Position numbers and translations under genes: made by a program. A DNA stretch of 64,000 nucleotides, from positions 3,848 to 67,847 of the forward strand of contig CAZDQD010000036.1 in assembly GCA_964507425.1 (NCBI GenBank), given 5' to 3'. The DNA is from an uncultured Vicinamibacteraceae bacterium. GTDB lineage: Bacteria > Acidobacteriota > Vicinamibacteria > Vicinamibacterales > UBA8438. A model generated the notes under the pieces. The model made no database searches and was not told the DNA's origin. It was given only the letters and a program-made list of their open reading frames with translations. Below are positions 54,260 to 63,583 of this stretch, in pieces; the stretch's first letter is position 1, and each line of letters opens with the position of its first letter.

Positions 54260-56293
54260 ATGTTGTGCAGACAAACCTCGTTGGTAACCATCTTGGCCGT
54301 AGTCGTAGCGGTCGGGTGCGGCGGTCCGCTTGAACCGGATGAATCGGAATCTGTGTCGGCGTCGAATATGGCCGAACGGCGTTACTTACTTGAACAGATT
54401 GATGATGTTGCGGTTGCCCAAATATATGCGGATGGTTTCGAGTCACTCGATACTAGGAACAAGTTACTCGTGTGGCACCTGTACAATGCTGCGCTTGCCG
54501 GTCGGGACATATATTACGACCAGCGCTACAGACACAATCTGGAGATGCGTGAAGTACTTGAGGAACTCATTACGCACGCGGAGGATGTCACGTCATCCGT
54601 GAGCGATGCGATTCTTCGGTACACGAAACTCTTCTGGATTAACACCGGCCCGTATAACAATTTGACAGCGCGCAAGTTTGTTTTGGATGTGTCGCCGGAT
54701 GAGTTTCGTGAAGCTATGCATTTGGCCGAGCGCTCAGGCGCGGTCTTTCCTCTGCGTGATGGCGAAACCCTTGATGAATTGATCGTACGACTCGAACCGC
54801 TGTTTTTTGATGAGTTGTTTGATCCGATTGTTACAAATAAGAGCCCACAGGATGGGATGGATATGCTTTTGACGAGTGCCAATAACCTGTATAGCGGCGT
54901 TTCAATGTCCGATCTAGAAGGCTTTGACGAGCAATATCCTTTGAACTCGAGGCTGGTCAAAGAGAACGGTGGCCTTGTTGAAGAGGTTTACCGGATCAAT
55001 GATGCGGGTCGTTATGCGGACGATTTGCGCGAGGTCGTTAAACATCTTGAGGCGGCAGTTCCTTATGCGACTCCCCCGATGGCTGAGGCCCTCAGTGCAC
55101 TGGTGGCGTGGTACAGAACCGGTGACAGCACCGACCGGCGTACTTATGACATTGCATGGGTGGCTGATCAAGACTCTGTTGTTGACACGATTAATGGTTT
55201 TACCGAGGTGTACATGGATGCCCGCGGAGCCAAAGGCTCTTGGGAAGCGTTGGTGTATTACGTCAACGAAGAAAAAACGGCTGCTATTCAAACCCTGGCT
55301 GACAACGCTCAGTGGTTTGAGGACCACATGCCATGGGATCCGGCTTATCGAAAATCAGGTGTACGCGGAATAACAGCAAACGCGATTGACGTCGTTGTCG
55401 AGGTTGGTGATTCCGGACCGATTACTCCGATTGGTATTAACCTGCCAAATGATCAGGATGTTCGAGAAGAGTATGGAAGTAAATCAGTTTCACTTTCAAA
55501 TGTCACAGAAGCGTACGAGCGGTCTAGTCCAGAAGCATACCGAAACGAGTTTACGTGGGATGAGTCGGAGGCACGTCGTTCAGAGCAATGGGGAAGTTTT
55601 GCCGGAGAGTTGACGACAAACATGCACGAAGTGATCGGCCACGCGTCTGGGCAGGTATCAGTTCGTCTTGAGGGAAATCCGCAAACCTTTCTGAAGGAAC
55701 AGTATTCTGCTTTGGAAGAAGCGCGTGCCGACCTGGTGGCCCTGTACTTTATTGCTGACGAGAAACTTGTGGAAATAGGTATCGTTGATTCTGGTGACCA
55801 TGAAGATATCATCAGGGCTGAGTACGAGGCATACACACGCAATGCTCTTCTTCAACTACGACGCGTTCGAATCGGCACACAAATAGAGCAGGATCACATG
55901 CGCAATCGACAGATGGTTGTGCACTGGCTAATGGATAACACGGATGCGATCGACACGCGACAGCGCGAAGGTAAAACTTTCTACGTAATGACGGATTGGC
56001 GCAAATTCCGAGATGGCGTAGGACGACTTCTTGCCGAGGTTCAGCGCATCAAATCGGAAGGTGACTACGATGCGGCACGAGAGTTATTTGAAATCCATGG
56101 TATTCACTTTGAGCCCGCACTTCGCGATGAAGTTGTCGAACGGGTAGCACAGGTTAATGTCCCGTCGTACAGCGGGTTCGTTATGCCGAAACTTGAGGCT
56201 GTGACCGCGGGCGATGGTTCCATTACTGACGTAATAGTTTCGTATCCACAAGACTTAACCCAGCAGATGTTGGAGTATTCTGGAAAACGTTAG
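54260..56293 (+). CDS. M49 (dipeptidyl-peptidase III)-like zinc peptidase lipoprotein
   Basis: Lipobox AVGC. HEVIGH (HExxGH) and, 28 residues later, EEARAD (EExRAE/D), the two M49 zinc motifs. Confidence 0.7.
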   Translation: MLCRQTSLVTILAVVVAVGCGGPLEPDESESVSASNMAERRYLLEQIDDVAVAQIYADGFESLDTRNKLLVWHLYNAALAGRDIYYDQRYRHNLEMREVLEELITHAEDVTSSVSDAILRYTKLFWINTGPYNNLTARKFVLDVSPDEFREAMHLAERSGAVFPLRDGETLDELIVRLEPLFFDELFDPIVTNKSPQDGMDMLLTSANNLYSGVSMSDLEGFDEQYPLNSRLVKENGGLVEEVYRINDAGRYADDLREVVKHLEAAVPYATPPMAEALSALVAWYRTGDSTDRRTYDIAWVADQDSVVDTINGFTEVYMDARGAKGSWEALVYYVNEEKTAAIQTLADNAQWFEDHMPWDPAYRKSGVRGITANAIDVVVEVGDSGPITPIGINLPNDQDVREEYGSKSVSLSNVTEAYERSSPEAYRNEFTWDESEARRSEQWGSFAGELTTNMHEVIGHASGQVSVRLEGNPQTFLKEQYSALEEARADLVALYFIADEKLVEIGIVDSGDHEDIIRAEYEAYTRNALLQLRRVRIGTQIEQDHMRNRQMVVHWLMDNTDAIDTRQREGKTFYVMTDWRKFRDGVGRLLAEVQRIKSEGDYDAARELFEIHGIHFEPALRDEVVERVAQVNVPSYSGFVMPKLEAVTAGDGSITDVIVSYPQDLTQQMLEYSGKR

Positions 56294-56309
56294 ACCGGAG
56301 ATTCAGGAA

Positions 56310-56786
56310 GTGCGTCTACGGCTTGTCGAACCAGATGATTGTCATGCTGTTGTTGACCTAATTGACTCGGTGCTAAAAGAGTACGGCGACACAATTTGTC
56401 TCGGGGGCGCAGATCGCGATCTGAACGGTATTTGTGATCACTACGATAGGCTGGGAGGAGCATTCGTTGTACTGGATGACGGTGGCAGAATCCGTGGAAC
56501 GCACGCGGTCGTGCCGGTTAAGAATAGGCCGCGGGTTTGTAACTTGCGGCGACTTTATCTCGATGCAGGTCTCCGTGGTGGTGAGTGGGGAACCAGCCTT
56601 ATGGACTGGGCCCTAGATTGGGGTCGGGTTAATGGATTTGACCGGTGTGAGTTATGGTCGGATACAAGGTTCGCAAGGGCGCATTCTTTTTTTCGGCGGT
56701 TCGGTTTTCAGCGTGATGGTCGTTCACGGGACATGAATGACGGTTCGATGCCATATAGTGAGTATTTCTTTTTTTTAGCGTTGTAA
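56310..56786 (+). CDS. GNAT-family N-acetyltransferase
   Basis: LRRLYLDAGLRGGEWGTSLMDWALDW (R/Q-x-x-G-x-G/A acetyl-CoA motif). 158 aa. Confidence 0.7.
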   Translation: MRLRLVEPDDCHAVVDLIDSVLKEYGDTICLGGADRDLNGICDHYDRLGGAFVVLDDGGRIRGTHAVVPVKNRPRVCNLRRLYLDAGLRGGEWGTSLMDWALDWGRVNGFDRCELWSDTRFARAHSFFRRFGFQRDGRSRDMNDGSMPYSEYFFFLAL

Positions 56787-56831
56787 CTGAGGACAGTGAC
56801 ATAGAAAGGCATGTCGATGTGAGCGCAATAA

Positions 56832-57209
56832 TTGCTCGAGATGTTTCAGTGGGTTTCGAGAGGAAGCGATAAAATAGCTCTTACATTTAGTCTGGCAATG
56901 AACGTCGTGGTGTTTTTAAAAAATTTTGTTAAAACGCACCAAGGTGTCCGTCTCGGAGGCCTGTTTGGTGAGCCGGCGGCGTTTGTAGGCAGGCGGGTCT
57001 TTGCGCGGATTAAAAAGGACCATTTACTGTGCTGGTCGGCATCTGCAGTAGCCAGCCGGTCTGGGGTTCGAGGTCATCGTGTTGGTCGAGAACGTGCCTG
57101 GATGAATGTGGCAACTGATACACCAACTGACCAGTTGGGCGCGGTGGCGGCGCTTGAACGTGCGGCCGCAGCTGTAGCTGCGACAGCGGATAGGGATGTG
57201 GCGTCGTGA
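56832..57209 (+). CDS. Hypothetical protein
   Basis: 125-aa ORF whose stop overlaps the bshA start. It has only a faint TfoX-N-like resemblance (LFGEPAAFVGRRVFARIKKDHLL), too weak to call. Confidence 0.3.
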   Translation: MLEMFQWVSRGSDKIALTFSLAMNVVVFLKNFVKTHQGVRLGGLFGEPAAFVGRRVFARIKKDHLLCWSASAVASRSGVRGHRVGRERAWMNVATDTPTDQLGAVAALERAAAAVAATADRDVAS

Positions 57210-58387
57210 ATGTCGGAATTGTTTGTTATGCATCGGTTGGAGGTAGCGGAATTGTTGCGACGGAATTGGCGAAAGTGCTGGCTCGTCGTGGCCATGAAGT
57301 CCGGCTAATTAGCAGCGAACCTCCCTTTCGACTCGGTGATTTTCAGGCTGGGCTTGCGTTTCATGCGGTGCAGACGCCGGGCTATCCGTTGTTTCGTGAA
57401 CCGCAGTATTTACTTTCCTTAGCGAACAAGATTGTTGAGGTGTCACGAGAATGTGACCTTGATATCATCCATGCTCACTATGCGGTCCCACATGCCACGG
57501 CGGCTTATCTTGCTAGACAAATTCTGACGGCCTCCGGAAAGCATCGAGTGCCTCGCGTCATAACAACGCTGCACGGTACAGATGTGACGTTAACGGGTAG
57601 TGACCCGTCGTACCTTGAAACAGCTTCATTTTCTATTGATCAATCCGATGGAGTGACAGCGGTATCGGAAAGTTTGAGACAGGAGACATTTCGTCAATTA
57701 CCTGTCACTTCGGATATTTGCGTGATACCCAATTTTCTCGATTGTAGTTATCACCATCGAACGGTTGAGACAGCGCTTCTTGAACGGTATCGTGGAGACA
57801 ATCCAGCGACGAAGTTAGTTATTCACATCTCTAATTTTAGGCCTGTTAAACGGGCAGAAATGGTTGTCGATATTTTTAATCAGATTCGTGAGCAGATGCC
57901 TGCAAAGCTCCTCTTGGTTGGTGACGGACCAGATTTGCCAGCAGCATGCCGCCGTGCACGCGAATACGGGTTATCCGAGGATGTTCTGCCGTTAGGTGAA
58001 CAGGAGCAGGTGGTTCCACTGCTGTCAATCGCTGATGTCTGCTTGTTACCGTCAAAACATGAAAGTTTTGGGGTTGCCGCGCTTGAGGCGATGGCTTGTG
58101 AGGTTCCGGTTGTTGCGTCCCGCGTTGGTGGATTGCCTGAGGTGGTTACAGACGGGGAGACAGGATTTTTGCATGAGCCAGACGATGTGCAGGGAATGGT
58201 TACGAGTGCGACCAAACTTTTAACTGATGAGGCTTTCTATCAACGTATATCAATGCAGAGTTGCAAAGCTGTCCAGCAGCGCTTTTGTGCCAATGAAATC
58301 GTTCCCCGGTACGAGGCATTTTATGAGACCGTCTTGTCACGTAGTCGTATGCCATCGGGCAGTGATGTGTCAGCGGTTCATGGGTAA
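57206..58387 (+). CDS. bshA: N-acetyl-alpha-D-glucosaminyl L-malate synthase (GT4 glycosyltransferase, bacillithiol biosynthesis)
   Basis: N-terminal MNVGIVCYASVGGSGIVATELAKVLARRGHEVRLIS closely follows the BshA signature I remember (...CYP..GGSGVVATELG..LA.RGHEVHFI.). C-terminal GT4 E-x7-E region (ESFGVAALEAMACEVPVVASRVGGLPEVV). Confidence 0.75.
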   Translation: MNVGIVCYASVGGSGIVATELAKVLARRGHEVRLISSEPPFRLGDFQAGLAFHAVQTPGYPLFREPQYLLSLANKIVEVSRECDLDIIHAHYAVPHATAAYLARQILTASGKHRVPRVITTLHGTDVTLTGSDPSYLETASFSIDQSDGVTAVSESLRQETFRQLPVTSDICVIPNFLDCSYHHRTVETALLERYRGDNPATKLVIHISNFRPVKRAEMVVDIFNQIREQMPAKLLLVGDGPDLPAACRRAREYGLSEDVLPLGEQEQVVPLLSIADVCLLPSKHESFGVAALEAMACEVPVVASRVGGLPEVVTDGETGFLHEPDDVQGMVTSATKLLTDEAFYQRISMQSCKAVQQRFCANEIVPRYEAFYETVLSRSRMPSGSDVSAVHG

Positions 58388-58423
58388 CCTCCCGCGCAAC
58401 TGCAGGTATATACTCCTAAAAAT

Positions 58424-61081
58424 ATGAAAGTGAACAGTTTGGTATGGACGTGCGTTCAGTTGGTCATTTTCCACTTTACGACAGTGGCCCCACTAGCGCA
58501 GCCATTGCAATTTGGTGCGAGCCCCTCGGAATTAGGGGTGACACTCCGTCAAATCAATAGCGTCGGTACATTCATGATGGTGACGGCACACCCTGACGAC
58601 GAGAACAATGCTCTGTTAACGCTGTTTTCAAAGGGAAAGGGGCACCGCACAGTGTTATTGACTGCCACGCGGGGTGACGGTGGGCAAAATGAAATTGGAG
58701 CTGAATTGTTTGATGGACTAGCAGTGCTGAGGTCTGAAGAGCTCCTGGCCGCCCATCGTCTTGATGGAGCTGAGCAGTTTTTTACGCGGGCTGTTGATTT
58801 TGGTTATTCCTTTAGCGTTGAGGAGACATTTAGCCGATGGGGTCGGCAGGAAATTTTAGGAGATATGGTACGCATGATCCGGACGGTTCGGCCGGATGTG
58901 GTGTCTGCTATGAGCCCAGATGGCCGCGGAGGAGGACAGCATCATCAGGCATCAGCGATACTGGCACATGAGGCCTACCATGCGGCCGCCGACCCCAGCC
59001 GTTTTCCGGACCAACTCAGTGAAGGCGTTCGTCCGTGGCAGGTCAAAAAGTTCTATTTTAGCGTTGGGTTTCCCTTTGGGTTCGGGCCACAATTTCCTGG
59101 CTTGAGGCAGGCAGCGTCCGAGCAAGAACTGACCACAGTCAACCTTGGGGATTATGACGAGTTACTTGGCTCTACCTACGCCGAAGTGGGAAGTCGTGCG
59201 CGAGGTATGCACAAGTGTCAGGGGATGTCTCAGCTTGTAGCACTGCCAGCCAGTCAGATGGGTGCACGATTCCGGCTAGAGGAAACGGTGATTCCTACCA
59301 GAGGTACTTCACCAGAATCTTCGCTGTTTGATGGAATCGATACGGCAGTTGGAGCACTGGCGGTGTTCGCGGGTCCTAGGGCCTCTGCATCGGTTACTGA
59401 TGGACTTTCAGAGGTGGCCCTTCACGCGCTACAGGCGCTGCAGGGATTTGAACGCGAAGGTGCGGCTGGTGCACGGGATTCGGTTGTGGCTGGACTGCGT
59501 GCTGTGCAAAGCCTTCGTAGCCAATTAAGCGGGTTTGAACTGGATGATGATGGTCGGTTTGAGATCGATTTTCGGCTTGCGCAGAAGGAGCAACAGTTCA
59601 GACAGGCGGTGCTCCTTACCCATGGAATCCGGCTTGAAGCGTTGGCGAATGATGGTGTGGTCATTCCTGGTCAGGAGCTAGATGTTTCGCTACTAGTGGC
59701 GAATCAGGGGGAAGTTCAGGCCTCGGTCCGTGGTGTCAGATTGTCTGGAGTCGAGAACTCAGGGGATATCTGTGAGAACCAGGCCGTGAATACGGGTCTC
59801 GTTTATTCCTGCAGTCGGCGGGTGGAGGTGCCATCCTCGGCTACGACGACCGACATTCATTGGACGCATGAACCTACAGCAGCTCGTTACGTGACGGATG
59901 GGGATGTTCCCTTTGGGGCACCGTTTCGCCCAACACCGTTTCTTGCAACTTTCGATCTTGATTTTGGCGATGTCCGTTTTGAGGTCGAAGAACCTATTGA
60001 ATTTCGGTATAGCGGAGATATTTTCGCCGGCGAGAAACGCATGGCGCTTACAGTGGTACCTCATCTTACCGTCGAACTGACCCCAGAAATAGCGATTATT
60101 CCGACAGGTCAGAGCGGAACACAAGAAGTTCGCGTTACCGTGACCAACGCGGGACCAAGTATGGTGGATGGTGCGGTGAACTTGATACTACCGTCTGGAT
60201 GGCAGGCGAACCCGACAAGTGCGCCGGTACGATTTTCTCGCCAAGATGAATCGCAAACGGTGCGCTTTGAAGTCTCTACCAATGATACTGCCGTCGGCGA
60301 ATATAGCGTGGGTGCGGTGGTTACGTCTGATACCGATCGATTTAGTCATGGGTATCGTGTTGTTGAATACCCGCACATCGGTCGTCGACATTTGGGATAC
60401 GTAGCCGAGAGCCGTTTTAAGTTACTTGATGTGTCGGTCGCGCCAGACCTGTCGGTTGGCTATGTAGTTGGGGTCGGCGATGCAGTACCTCCGGCCATCG
60501 AACAGTTAGGGGTCTCGCTTGACTTTCTTAATGAAGATGACTTGGCATGGAGCGACCTCTCTCGGTTTGATGTCATTGTGACGGGTGTGCGTGCCTATGA
60601 GCGGCGTGCAGACTTACGGGCTCATAACGATCGTTTGCTGGCATATGTTGAGAGTGGTGGCACGGTCATCGTTCAGTACAACAAGTTTGAGTTTAATCAG
60701 GCCCAATATGGTCCGTATCCGGCTCAGGTCAGCCGGAACAGGGTTACTGACGAATTGGCTCCGATAGAGCTACTTGCTAACGACCACCAGGTGTTCGCGT
60801 GGCCAAATCGAATCGGGCCAACTGATTGGGATGATTGGGTCCAGGAACGCGGCCTCTATTTTCTTGGAGAGCGGGATGACCAATACGTGGATCTTGTTCA
60901 GCTTGAGGATTCATTTGACTTTAACCCCGGCATCAAGCGAGGTGCATTGGTCGAAGCACGTGTTGGCCGTGGTCGCTGGTTGTACGTAGGACTTGGCTTA
61001 TGGCGCCAGTTACCGGCCGGGACTAGCGGTGCGTATGCGCTTCTAGCAAACTTAATCAGTTTAGGGCAGACGGAACCGTAA
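58424..61081 (+). CDS. 885-aa PIG-L/LmbE-family deacetylase with a large C-terminal extension (beta-rich region plus class-I-amidotransferase/ThuA-like end)
   Basis: Signal-like N-terminus. FMMVTAHPDDENNALL (AHPDDE zinc motif), GGGQHHQAS. C-terminal FDVIVTGVRAYERRADLRAHNDRLLAYVESGGTVIVQYNK. Confidence 0.7.
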   Translation: MKVNSLVWTCVQLVIFHFTTVAPLAQPLQFGASPSELGVTLRQINSVGTFMMVTAHPDDENNALLTLFSKGKGHRTVLLTATRGDGGQNEIGAELFDGLAVLRSEELLAAHRLDGAEQFFTRAVDFGYSFSVEETFSRWGRQEILGDMVRMIRTVRPDVVSAMSPDGRGGGQHHQASAILAHEAYHAAADPSRFPDQLSEGVRPWQVKKFYFSVGFPFGFGPQFPGLRQAASEQELTTVNLGDYDELLGSTYAEVGSRARGMHKCQGMSQLVALPASQMGARFRLEETVIPTRGTSPESSLFDGIDTAVGALAVFAGPRASASVTDGLSEVALHALQALQGFEREGAAGARDSVVAGLRAVQSLRSQLSGFELDDDGRFEIDFRLAQKEQQFRQAVLLTHGIRLEALANDGVVIPGQELDVSLLVANQGEVQASVRGVRLSGVENSGDICENQAVNTGLVYSCSRRVEVPSSATTTDIHWTHEPTAARYVTDGDVPFGAPFRPTPFLATFDLDFGDVRFEVEEPIEFRYSGDIFAGEKRMALTVVPHLTVELTPEIAIIPTGQSGTQEVRVTVTNAGPSMVDGAVNLILPSGWQANPTSAPVRFSRQDESQTVRFEVSTNDTAVGEYSVGAVVTSDTDRFSHGYRVVEYPHIGRRHLGYVAESRFKLLDVSVAPDLSVGYVVGVGDAVPPAIEQLGVSLDFLNEDDLAWSDLSRFDVIVTGVRAYERRADLRAHNDRLLAYVESGGTVIVQYNKFEFNQAQYGPYPAQVSRNRVTDELAPIELLANDHQVFAWPNRIGPTDWDDWVQERGLYFLGERDDQYVDLVQLEDSFDFNPGIKRGALVEARVGRGRWLYVGLGLWRQLPAGTSGAYALLANLISLGQTEP

Positions 61082-61084
61082 GGG

Positions 61085-61107
61085 GGCCGACAAGCGCCTT
61101 GTTGGCC
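61085..61107. terminator. Hairpin between convergent genes (candidate bidirectional terminator)
   Basis: GGCCGACAAG-CGC-CTTGTTGGCC: a 10-bp stem with one G:U pair and a 3-nt loop. It lies 4 nt after the stop at 61081 and 16 nt before the convergent stop at 61123. Confidence 0.4.
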
Positions 61108-61122
61108 GCTCGAACAAGCCTT

Positions 61123-61935
61123 TCAATTTGTTCCACGTCCGAAGAGGTACGCCTCGCCACTTGGCGCGGTAATGTCATTATCTGGTTCAAGCGTTACAGC
61201 CATTGGTACGGGTGCAGAGACACCGGCGGGAGCGGTAACGACCGCGGTGATTCGACCTTCGTTATCCAGGGTAAGTGGTCCACCACTCACAGGATCAGAA
61301 GCTGGTACAAACCACAAATAATAGGTGCGACCGACAGGCGCAGGCGGTAGACCGCTGGCGGTTAACAGAATGTCCTGTTCGTTACTCCAGTAAACTCGTC
61401 CGCGCGCGCTTGGTGCTAGTGGATAGCTAGAAAGGTCAACTATAACGAGATCTTGTGCCGTTAAGATTTCAGTGTGTTGGTTCGCCTCTTGCTGTGCCGC
61501 TAGCGCAACCGCCGTTTGAATTTCTGCAATAACGGCACGATCATTTGCGGCATCAAGATTTTCTTCAAGTAGTCGCGCCATGTTGTGTTGTTGTGAGGCA
61601 TACCAGCCCAGGCTTCCAGCGACGAGGAGACAGACGGTTGCCGCAACATTAAACGTAATACGGCTAGGCACCTCTTTTCCATGCGAATCCTGTTTTGGAG
61701 GAGAACTGGTGTCTGTTTTACAGATACGGGTTCGCAACTCAGCAGGTCCATCAGAATATGGTACCGCTCGTGTGAGAGCATGAGCGATGGGGAGAAGAGA
61801 AAGAACCGTGTTCACGCATTGATGGCAGAGTTCTAGATGGTTTTCAAACCGTGTTCGGTCAGAAGTATTTAATGCACCAACTGCATATAGACTCGCGAGT
61901 CGATCGAATGCCTTGTGATCAAGATCGGTAGCCAT
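61123..61935 (-). CDS. Anti-sigma factor (zf-HC2 N-terminus, single TM, RskA-like periplasmic domain)
   Basis: HLELCHQCVN (H-x3-C-x2-C), a central TM segment (FNVAATVCLLVAGSLGWY), and C-terminal GRTYYLWFVP...MAVTLEP (anti-sigma-K-like). It starts 5 nt after the sigma gene stop. Confidence 0.7.
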   Translation of the reverse strand: MATDLDHKAFDRLASLYAVGALNTSDRTRFENHLELCHQCVNTVLSLLPIAHALTRAVPYSDGPAELRTRICKTDTSSPPKQDSHGKEVPSRITFNVAATVCLLVAGSLGWYASQQHNMARLLEENLDAANDRAVIAEIQTAVALAAQQEANQHTEILTAQDLVIVDLSSYPLAPSARGRVYWSNEQDILLTASGLPPAPVGRTYYLWFVPASDPVSGGPLTLDNEGRITAVVTAPAGVSAPVPMAVTLEPDNDITAPSGEAYLFGRGTN

Positions 61936-61940
61936 TGTTG

Positions 61941-62510
61941 TTACCGGCGGGTGGAGTGCAGTGTCAGTAGCGCTTCGTGAATTGTTTCTTTAATGGTTTC
62001 AATTGGGTGTTCAAGTCGTTCGGATATCTGTCGCACTGAAAACCCTTCAAAGTAAGCGAGTTCTAGAGCGACGCGTTGTAGTGTTGGCATCGCAATCAGT
62101 AAATTGCGCAGCTTAGAAACTTCCGCTTTAGAACAGGCATTTAGTTCCTTGTGCTGTGTCGGTTGTGGTAGATGGCCCGTCGCGAGTTCAGAGTCTTGAG
62201 TTGAGTCAGATCGTTTCCGTAGACAGTTGATTGCGCGGAGTCTGGTAATTTGTAACAGCCAATTTTCAACAGATCCAAGAGAGGTTTCATAACGATAGCT
62301 GCCGGTACGGACTTGGCGAAAAACACCTTCCACTATATCCATAGCATCGGACCGGTCACTCACAATGTGGAAGGCGAGTGAGAACAGGATATCTCCATGG
62401 CGCTCGTATAGTTCAATGGCGGCGCGGCCATCTCCCTTGATAAACCGGTCAAGAAGATTGCCATCTGACGGTGCGGACGATGGTGTATCTACTGCCATGC
62501 TAGGAAGCAA
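61941..62510 (-). CDS. ECF-subfamily RNA polymerase sigma-70 factor
   Basis: Region 2 (ELYERHGDILFSLAFHIVSDRSDAMDIVEGVF...) and region 4 HTH (LQRVALELAYFEGFSVRQISERLEHPIETIK). Confidence 0.85.
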   Translation of the reverse strand: MLPSMAVDTPSSAPSDGNLLDRFIKGDGRAAIELYERHGDILFSLAFHIVSDRSDAMDIVEGVFRQVRTGSYRYETSLGSVENWLLQITRLRAINCLRKRSDSTQDSELATGHLPQPTQHKELNACSKAEVSKLRNLLIAMPTLQRVALELAYFEGFSVRQISERLEHPIETIKETIHEALLTLHSTRR

Positions 62511-62655
62511 CGATTCTACTCTGAATAGGTTGTTTCTGAGTGATTCTCGAAGGGCGTATGCTTTTTCAGAAGAAGGAGATATTCGCGCTGGCCAATACAG
62601 ACTCTTCGGTCTAGGCTAGGGGGAAGAGCTTAGAACAATATTTGGGAGGCAGGCG

Positions 62656-63492
62656 ATGACAAACCGTAGTGATACACTTCGACGGCGTGATTTTCTAGTC
62701 GCCGGGTCAGTGCTGTTGATGCCAGGTGCCATCGCTGGTGCCAGAACGGTAAAAATGCAAGGGAATCAGCAATTGAGCAGTCGAGTTCGTGGCGTTGAGG
62801 CGATGACTTTTGATGTTTTTGGCACCGTCGTGGATTGGCGTACGAGTATTACCCAAGAAGGAAGTGCAGTGGGTCGCCGTCACGGCATTGAGGCCGATTG
62901 GTCCGCTTTTGCTGATGATTGGCGAGGTGGTTACGGGCCGGCTATGCAGAGAGTTCGTGGCGGTGAACTTGGTTGGACGAAGATTGATGACCTGCATCGG
63001 ATGATCCTAGATGACTTGGTGCCGAAGTATGGATTGGAAGCGCTGAGTGAGACGGAGCTCGTCGAGCTTAATCGGGCTTGGCACCGCCTTGTACCGTGGC
63101 CAGATACAGTCGAAGGATTAACAAGGCTACGAAAAGGATATACCCTCGCGACGCTGTCAAACGGAAATGTCGGGTTACTCGTCAACATGGCAAAGAATGC
63201 CGGATTACCATGGGATGCTGTGCTTTCAGCTGAGCTGGCACAACAATACAAACCGGATCCGGAGGTTTACCTCAAGGCAGCCGATCTACTCGGGCTTCAG
63301 CCGGAACAGGTAATGATGGTAGCTGCGCACAAAGGTGACCTTAGAGCATCGGCGAAGGTAGGTTTTCGGACTGGTTATGTTCCGAGGCCGACAGAGTTTG
63401 CTCCAGATGTCGAGCGTGATCTCACGCCTGACCCAGACTTTGATCTCGTCGCATCTGATTTTAATGATATGGCTTCACAACTGGGGCTCTGA
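62656..63492 (+). CDS. Haloacid dehalogenase type II (HAD superfamily) with a Tat signal
   Basis: LRRRDFLVAGSVLLMPGAIAGA. The HAD motif I FDVFGTVVDW follows the signal. LSNGN (motif II region), YKPD (Lys), AAHKGDL (motif IV region). Confidence 0.7.
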   Translation: MTNRSDTLRRRDFLVAGSVLLMPGAIAGARTVKMQGNQQLSSRVRGVEAMTFDVFGTVVDWRTSITQEGSAVGRRHGIEADWSAFADDWRGGYGPAMQRVRGGELGWTKIDDLHRMILDDLVPKYGLEALSETELVELNRAWHRLVPWPDTVEGLTRLRKGYTLATLSNGNVGLLVNMAKNAGLPWDAVLSAELAQQYKPDPEVYLKAADLLGLQPEQVMMVAAHKGDLRASAKVGFRTGYVPRPTEFAPDVERDLTPDPDFDLVASDFNDMASQLGL

Positions 63493-63583
63493 TAGAGACC
63501 ATTTAGCTTCAGATTGATGTCACGCGGGTTTCGTGGTTGGTCCACGTGCTATTCGCCTGCGGTTCTTCTAAGGCTATCGTGTG

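Noticed and set aside
54170-54274. Upstream extension of the DPP4-like ORF
   Set aside because: It would overlap the divergent M49 gene start and put 35 non-signal residues ahead of an obvious signal peptide.
62511-62655. ECF-type promoter (GAAAC ... CGTT) upstream of the sigma factor gene
   Set aside because: The spacing between the two elements is about 19 nt, longer than the usual 16-17. A single occurrence is not enough to call.
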